This document shows positions 17,169 through 22,058 of a stretch of 32,000 nt of DNA, one piece after another (the stretch's first letter is position 1; each line of letters opens with the position of its first letter). The stretch lies in NCBI GenBank assembly GCA_964347045.1, contig CAYFXC010000001.1:219256-251255 (forward strand). Direction: 5' to 3'. The notes beneath the pieces are model-generated. The model made no database searches, had not been told where the DNA came from, and was given only the letters and a program-made list of their open reading frames with translations. Made by a program: the position numbers and the translations under genes. The DNA comes from an uncultured archaeon (GTDB lineage Archaea > Asgardarchaeota > Hermodarchaeia > Hermodarchaeales > Hermodarchaeaceae).

Positions 17169-17831
17169 CTAACCTCCCGCCAATCGTTCAAACCGAAACC
17201 GAATGTAATAGTACGGCTTCCCCTCCGTGAAATTGACCTTCGGAGGCCTTGCAATAATCCCGAAATGCTTCTTCAAAAGACCCACAAGCTCATTCAGAAA
17301 CCCCCTGTCCTTCTGCTTCAACTGCACTCTCTTCTTATCAATAAAACCATCCGCATCAATTAACCCAAACATATAATGCTTAAAGAGCGAAGCATCATCT
17401 GCAATCAACGCAGGAACCCTAATATTTCGTTTCTTTCCTGATTGAAAACCCAAAGCAATGAAAAAGAAAAAAACCGCCGCACAGTTGATATTGATAGCGT
17501 AACAATTCTTCTTTCTTTTATCTCTATGAATGCGTGGCTGATAATGAAAGAGCTCTCGGATTAGAACTGATAACTGTTCCATGTAATTTTTCCGACCCAC
17601 AACATTTACTCGATAATAGTACCCCCCTATCTTGCGTTTACACTTGTTCAGGTTACCATCACCCGCAACAACACCAGCAAAATATGCAACTTTTTCGCAA
17701 AGTTTCGGGATTTTTATTCGTGTTTTTTTTGTGCAAATAAAGTCATTCTGAATTCTATGCCATACACGAGCTTCACTCAGAGCCTGCGAAATTACATTTA
17801 CATCTAAACTCTTCATTCCAACAGTTTGCAT
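17169..17831 (-). CDS. LAGLIDADG homing endonuclease family protein (two-motif, monomeric type), free-standing
   Basis: 220 aa with two LAGLIDADG motifs: YFAGVVAGDGNL and YMFGLIDADGFI, about 100 residues apart. Basic, Lys/Arg-rich DNA-binding-like regions. Confidence 0.85.
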   Translation of the reverse strand: MQTVGMKSLDVNVISQALSEARVWHRIQNDFICTKKTRIKIPKLCEKVAYFAGVVAGDGNLNKCKRKIGGYYYRVNVVGRKNYMEQLSVLIRELFHYQPRIHRDKRKKNCYAININCAAVFFFFIALGFQSGKKRNIRVPALIADDASLFKHYMFGLIDADGFIDKKRVQLKQKDRGFLNELVGLLKKHFGIIARPPKVNFTEGKPYYYIRFRFERLAGG

Positions 17832-17862
17832 CTAAAAATATCTAAAAACCCATTAACTGAAA

Positions 17863-17937
17863 TGGAGCCTCCGCCGGGATTCGAACCCGGGACCACTGGC
17901 TTACAAGGCCAGAGCACCACCACTATGCTACGGAGGC
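17863..17937 (-). tRNA. tRNA-Thr (UGU), no intron, CCA encoded
   Basis: Acceptor GCCUCCG/CGGAGGC, anticodon arm CUGGC-CUUGUAA-GCCAG, T-arm CCGGG-UUCGAAU-CCCGG, discriminator U. Confidence 0.9.
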
Positions 17938-18057
17938 TTAATTTCAGTTATACATACACGGTTGATTAATGATTCGGAGGGAATCAGGGTATTGTGGGTT
18001 GCTTACGGAAATGGCTAAAAAATGTTTTTATGGTTAGGAATGATGCTGGTCGTGTGT

Positions 18058-18606
18058 TCAAGGGGTTGAATGTGTAAGTGTTCCTTCGCGAACGCACACG
18101 TGGGTGGTGTTTGCTGGGGGTGTTTGGAGAGCTTTTCGTAAGAAGGCTGGGTAGAGGGGGCAGGTTTCGAGTGCGGTTAATGGATACCACTTGAAGATAA
18201 TGGTATGTCCGTTTTCTTCTCCGAGAAATGTCTCCTGTTCGTAAAGCGGCGAGGGTTCGGGAAACCGACACAGGTAGTAGAACCCAATCTCATGAGATGG
18301 CGTTAGGAATATCGGGTGGGTTGGGCCTGATCCTTCTTCATGCTGAAAGAAGTTTTCTACAACCCATAGGAGTCGTTCAATTTGGACGGGGCTCTTGGTC
18401 TCCTCGAGCATCTCGCGTTTCAGTGCCTGCTCCGTAGTTTCCAGATGTCGTACTCGCCCTCCAGGGAGCGCCCAGAAATCCCATCCCTCTACTTGGTGTA
18501 GCAACACACGATTGTCTTGGAAGACCACACCAGCGGTACGTAACATGAACCGCCCTGTTCCAACTGGAAAGAAAATCATGGCGTCCAAGAACTGTAGGCA
18601 TCTCAT
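18058..18606 (-). CDS. NUDIX hydrolase
   Basis: Nudix box GGRVRHLETTEQALKREMLEETKS (Gx5Ex7REUxEExGU). The probable real start is the internal Met (MLRTAGVVFQ, about 18546). Visibly GC-richer than its neighbours. Confidence 0.8.
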   Translation of the reverse strand: MRCLQFLDAMIFFPVGTGRFMLRTAGVVFQDNRVLLHQVEGWDFWALPGGRVRHLETTEQALKREMLEETKSPVQIERLLWVVENFFQHEEGSGPTHPIFLTPSHEIGFYYLCRFPEPSPLYEQETFLGEENGHTIIFKWYPLTALETCPLYPAFLRKALQTPPANTTHVCVREGTLTHSTP

Positions 18607-18709
18607 ATTTCTTTTGTCTTTGACTGCTATCTCCTGAGTTGGGGAATTATTTCGTGCGCGATGTGTTCAACTTTGGGAAATTGGAAGTCGGTTAAGAACA
18701 TGAGAAAAA

Positions 18710-18820
18710 TGGTGCGGGGGCCGGGCTTCGAACCCGGGAACTCCTACGAGACAGGATCTTAAGTCCTGCGCCTTTGACCAAGCTTGGCTGTGGGGTCACT
18801 GTGGTGGGTGATACCCCCGC
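18710..18820 (-). tRNA. tRNA-Leu (UAA) with a 23-nt intron after position 9, CCA encoded
   Basis: Acceptor GCGGGGG/CCCCCGC, D-arm GCCAAGCUUGGUCAAAGGC, anticodon arm CAGGA-CUUAAGA-UCCUG, long variable arm, T-loop UUCGAAG. The insertion UCACCCACCACAGUGACCCCACA (about 18789-18811) lies between U8A9 and G10. Confidence 0.85.
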
Positions 18821-18990
18821 GGCTTAGTCATGTGGGGCGCTGACCCTTGGACACGCCCCCGCATTTGTGTTGGGGTGACAAGGTTGTTTTGGTGCTTAAA
18901 ATTGCTTCGTGTGGCTGCTTGGAGCGCGGTTTGTGATTTGGAGGCGTTCTGAGAATAATGCTTAAAAGGTACGGGCGGTGGTTTAGTGCT

Positions 18991-19172
18991 GCCGAGGTAG
19001 CTTAGCCTGGTTGAGCGCCAGACTTGCAGCTACTTAAGTAACAAGGGTGTAACTCATAGGGCTTTGCCCCAGGGTCAAGATTTGATGATTGCTGGCGCAC
19101 CGGAGAAATCTGGAGGTCGCGGGTTCGAACCGAAGTCGGGTGGATTTCGCGGAACGCCCGCCCTCGGCACCA
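18991..19172 (+). tRNA. tRNA with anticodon UGC (nominally Ala) carrying two introns; isotype uncertain
   Basis: Acceptor GCCGAGG/CCUCGGC, discriminator A, CCA. D-arm GCUU-AGCCUGGUU-GAGC. Anticodon stem CCAGA/UCUGG with loop CUUGCA|79-nt intron (19029-19107)|A. T-arm GCGGG-UUCGAA|26-nt intron (19130-19155)|G-CCCGC with a good BHB. There is no G3-U70 pair. Confidence 0.7.
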
Positions 19173-19185
19173 TTGACGTTGCTGG

Positions 19186-19262
19186 GCCTCGGTGGCATAG
19201 CATGGTAGCGCATCGCCTTGGTAAGGCGAGGGTCGCGGGTTCGAATCCCGCCCGAGGCTCCA
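19186..19262 (+). tRNA. tRNA-Thr (GGU), no intron, CCA encoded
   Basis: Acceptor GCCUCGG/CCGAGGC, anticodon arm UCGCC-UUGGUAA-GGCGA, T-arm GCGGG-UUCGAAU-CCCGC, discriminator U. Confidence 0.9.
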
Positions 19263-19373
19263 CTCTCTTACGGCCTAATAGAATTCTTTATTTCCAAGAC
19301 TGTGATGAATTTTTAAGGGTCGGGATGGTTGAAGTGCTATGCTCGCTTTAGTGTTGTCAGGTGACTTAGGTTG

Positions 19374-20057
19374 ATGGTTGATGAGGAAAAGCGGTTTGCT
19401 GCTGAAGCTGCGATAAACCATGTTTCTGACGGTATTTGTCTAGGAGTAGGCACAGGATCTACGGTTGAGATATTCATCGATTTATTAGTTGAAAAAATCG
19501 CCACGGAAAACATTACTTTAACGGCGGTTCCTAGTTCGTATGCTACTCAGTTGCGCCTGCACGATGCTGGAATAACTACCGTACCACTTGGTGCTGTCAC
19601 TAGCTTAGCCTGTGCAGTGGATGGTGCTGATGAAGTGGATGCAAAACTTGCCCTGATTAAAGGCGGTGGAGCAGCACTCCTACGCGAAAAAATCTTAGCT
19701 GAAGCCGCAAACCAAGTTGTCATCATCGTTGATAGTGCTAAACTCGTGGATAAACTTGGAACTAGGATGCCAGTTCCAGTTGAAGTGCTTCCTGATGCCT
19801 TGGCGCTGTCAATGGATCGGATTCAACGCCTTGGTGGTTCACCAATGCTTCGACAAGGTGAAAGAAAGGCGGGACCAGTTATCACTGATAATGGTAATTT
19901 CATTTTGGATGTTACGTTTCAAAAAATTTCTGATTCAAGGAAGTTAGAGTCTCAACTAAATGCAATACCTGGCGTGATTGAAAATGGTCTTTTTCCAACA
20001 CAAGCTGATGTTGTCTACGTGGGCCAAGCGAAAGGTGTACAATTACTTGAAAGATAA
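19374..20057 (+). CDS. rpiA: ribose-5-phosphate isomerase A
   Basis: GVGTGSTV, DGADEVD and KGGGAALLREK motifs. About 227 aa. Confidence 0.9.
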   Translation: MVDEEKRFAAEAAINHVSDGICLGVGTGSTVEIFIDLLVEKIATENITLTAVPSSYATQLRLHDAGITTVPLGAVTSLACAVDGADEVDAKLALIKGGGAALLREKILAEAANQVVIIVDSAKLVDKLGTRMPVPVEVLPDALALSMDRIQRLGGSPMLRQGERKAGPVITDNGNFILDVTFQKISDSRKLESQLNAIPGVIENGLFPTQADVVYVGQAKGVQLLER

Positions 20058-20105
20058 ATCGAAACATGCATATAGCATCAGGTTCTCTCCAAACTAGGAA
20101 GGTTT

Positions 20106-20226
20106 GGGCCCGTGGCCAAGTCGGATAGGATCTTCCCCCGGAGAAGGCGCCAGCCTCCTAAGCTGGAAATCCCGGGTTCGAAAGTGTTCATTGAATTTGA
20201 CGCCGAAATTCCCGGCGGGCCCGCCA
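20106..20226 (+). tRNA. tRNA-Arg (CCU) with two non-canonical introns (D-loop about 17 nt; T-loop 27 nt), CCA encoded
   Basis: Acceptor GGGCCCG/CGGGCCC, anticodon arm CCAGC-CUCCUAA-GCUGG. The D-loop is interrupted at about 20128-20144. The T-arm is CCGGG-UUCGAA|intron 20183-20209|U-CCCGG, with a textbook helix-bulge-helix-bulge-helix. Confidence 0.85.
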
Positions 20227-20242
20227 TTCTATTACCCACGCG

Positions 20243-20842
20243 TCATTTATTTGCAACAATATCGGCAGGTGATACAAGATAATAGGTTGTTTCTCCTTGC
20301 CGATCTAATACAGCCAGCATCAGTTTCTTGCGGTTTCGTTTCGCCTGTTTGCTAAATGCCTCTAGCTGTCCTACCTTCAGAGGTGATCCTTCTGAGATTG
20401 CGCAGACAAAGTATTTTGCTGTAGCTTCGTTGAGTTTTGCTCCCCGTGGGTAAACTCGAAACAATAATCCTTTCCCATATCCTGTTCGAACCACATATCC
20501 ACGGCTTCGTAAATCACTATAGACAAGAAAACGAGTCCAAAGCCCAGGACGGTTCTTCGCTAAGCGTTCAAGTAATGCCGAAAAATCAAGGATTTCGCCT
20601 TGTGCTTCGCTCACCTCAATCCGCTGGCGTCTCACTAACAATAAGGCTTCTTCCGGTTCAAGCGTTAACTTTTGTTCATCTTTCAATGTTCCATAATAGC
20701 CCGCTTCATATAATACGGGGGCATATTCACCTTTTATACTGACTTTTCCCCGTGTTAATATTGCCTGAATAGGTTCGTCGGGAAGCTGAGAGTGCTCTTC
20801 TTCTGACGAAGGTGGTTCCTGTTTCTTTTTTATCATTAACAT
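20243..20842 (-). CDS. endA: tRNA-splicing endonuclease (EndA) family protein lacking the catalytic His
   Basis: YSDLRSRGYVVRTGYGKGLLFRVYPRGAKLNEATAKYFVCAI...NRKKLMLAVLDRQGETTYY aligns by eye with M. jannaschii EndA YKDLRTRGYIVKTG..DFRLYERGANIDKEHSVYLVKV...VRKKLLIAIVD. Tyr and Lys of the triad are present. His is replaced (EATAKY versus KEHSVY), and the C-terminal domain has no His at all. Confidence 0.75.
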   Translation of the reverse strand: MLMIKKKQEPPSSEEEHSQLPDEPIQAILTRGKVSIKGEYAPVLYEAGYYGTLKDEQKLTLEPEEALLLVRRQRIEVSEAQGEILDFSALLERLAKNRPGLWTRFLVYSDLRSRGYVVRTGYGKGLLFRVYPRGAKLNEATAKYFVCAISEGSPLKVGQLEAFSKQAKRNRKKLMLAVLDRQGETTYYLVSPADIVANK

Positions 20843-20905
20843 TCACCATTATCTGAAGCGACAAGAAGCGAAGCTATATAACATTCTTCCCGTTTCACTG
20901 ACTTG

Positions 20906-21394
20906 ATGACATCTTGGAAAAAACGTCTTACCCAAGCCTTCCGCCAAGCATCCAATATTGCAATCCTTGGAATTGGAAATGATCTCAAAGGCGATGATGG
21001 CATCGGACCCTACGTAATCGAACAACTCCAAAACCGTAATCCCCCCCATATCGAGCTTATTAATGCAAGCACTGTTCCCGAAAATTTCATCAGTCATCTC
21101 ATCGAATCAAATCCCCAACTCATCCTACTCCTCGATGCCGCCCTAATGCAGACTGAACCAGGAACCATCAAACTCATTGATAAAGATACCATCGGAGGCA
21201 TTGTCTTTTCATCACACCAACTACCCCTTTCCTTCTTTATCGAATACTTAGAAAACAATATTACCACAACCATCCTCATCCTCGGTATCCAACCCTTCAC
21301 AGACGAATTCGCTCAACCCTTCTCTGAACCCGTCCAAAAAGCCGCTTCAGAAATCATCACCATGCTTTCCCGGCTTTTCACCAAAACCCTTTGA
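20906..21394 (+). CDS. hydrogenase maturation endopeptidase (HycI/FrhD/HyaD family)
   Basis: ILGIGNDLKGDDGIGPYVIEQL N-terminal signature, with later D and H residues (LLLDAA..., SSHQLP). 162 aa from ATG 20906. Confidence 0.75.
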   Translation: MTSWKKRLTQAFRQASNIAILGIGNDLKGDDGIGPYVIEQLQNRNPPHIELINASTVPENFISHLIESNPQLILLLDAALMQTEPGTIKLIDKDTIGGIVFSSHQLPLSFFIEYLENNITTTILILGIQPFTDEFAQPFSEPVQKAASEIITMLSRLFTKTL

Positions 21395-21435
21395 AAACTC
21401 TTATAAGCTATACCTTCAAACCTATTTTTCGCAAT

Positions 21436-21567
21436 CCCGGCGTAGCTCAACCTGGTAGAGCGTCTGGCTGTAGGTATACACCGCACCCTGAGCCACACGG
21501 CGATGACTCGGTGTCAACCAACGCAGATACCAGATGGTTCCTGGTTCAAATCCGGGCGCCGGGACCA
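21436..21567 (+). tRNA. tRNA-Tyr (GUA) with a 55-nt canonical (37/38) intron, CCA encoded
   Basis: C1-G72 acceptor CCCGGCG/CGCCGGG (archaeal Tyr identity). Anticodon stem UCUGG/CCAGA, loop CUGUAG|intron 21474-21528|A. The central 4-bp helix CUGU/GCAG and the 3-nt bulge AUA are present. Confidence 0.9.
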
Positions 21568-21618
21568 ATCCTTCCAGAAAAACCTTTAAATTCGCCCAAA
21601 TAACCCTCAAACCACTGC

Positions 21619-21726
21619 GCCCGTTTAGTGTAGCCAGGTCTATCATCTGGGACTGTCAAGGGTCTATGAAACTCATAGAGCTGCGGATCTCCTAGGACTC
21701 GGGTTCGAATCCCGGAACGGGCGCCA
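21619..21726 (+). tRNA. tRNA-Asp (GUC) with a 30-nt canonical (37/38) intron, CCA encoded
   Basis: Acceptor GCCCGUU/AACGGGC, D-arm GUGUAGCCAGGUCUAUCAU, loop CUGUCA|intron 21659-21688|C, T-arm UCGGG-UUCGAAU-CCCGG, discriminator G. Confidence 0.9.
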
Positions 21727-22058
21727 CTTTTCCTTTTGTTCAGCTTCAACGGAGGGTTTTGTGGTTTTTTTATGAGTTTCTGTGGCGTTTAATCGAAAGC
21801 TTAAAAAGGCGTTTGTACATTGTCGCCTTAACTCCGCAGACGGTCTGCTTCGCTGGAGCGACGGCTGGTTTGGCGCCGCATGTTTCTGCCTGGGCAAAAA
21901 TTGCTGATGAGACGATGTACTCGCTCTGGTTCATGGGACACAGGGTTCCAAGTTTCTCATGCGGACTATAGCTATATGGGCTCATGGAAGTATGATGCCG
22001 TCTGGTGAGGGTAGGGTTACCGTCGCAAATTGAGCAGATTCGTCTCTGAGGGTAGAAT

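Noticed and set aside
16679-17254. ORFs 16679..16963(+), 16891..17082(-) and 16958..17254(-).
   Set aside because: They overlap the 5S rRNA and tRNA-Pro genes and their promoter/spacer. They are artefacts of GC-rich RNA genes.
21782-21907. 41-codon GTG-initiated ORF encoding a Cys-containing peptide (VAFNRKLKKAFVHCRLNSADGLLRWSDGWFGAACFCLGKNC) in the rpoB leader; considered as a small Cys-rich peptide gene.
   Set aside because: It has no Shine-Dalgarno-like element and no suitably placed TATA (a TATA-like tract lies inside it). I recognise no partner genes and no family resemblance. Chance ORFs of this size are expected.
18377-21985. Short ORFs across the tRNA loci and spacers. Examples: 19064..19351(+), 19075..19263(-), 20104..20355(+), 21391..21603(+), 21422..21646(-), 21546..21749(-), 21673..21897(-), 21759..21971(+), 21770..21985(-).
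   Set aside because: They run through tRNA genes and introns or through the rpoB leader. They have no motifs, no start context and mutually overlapping frames.
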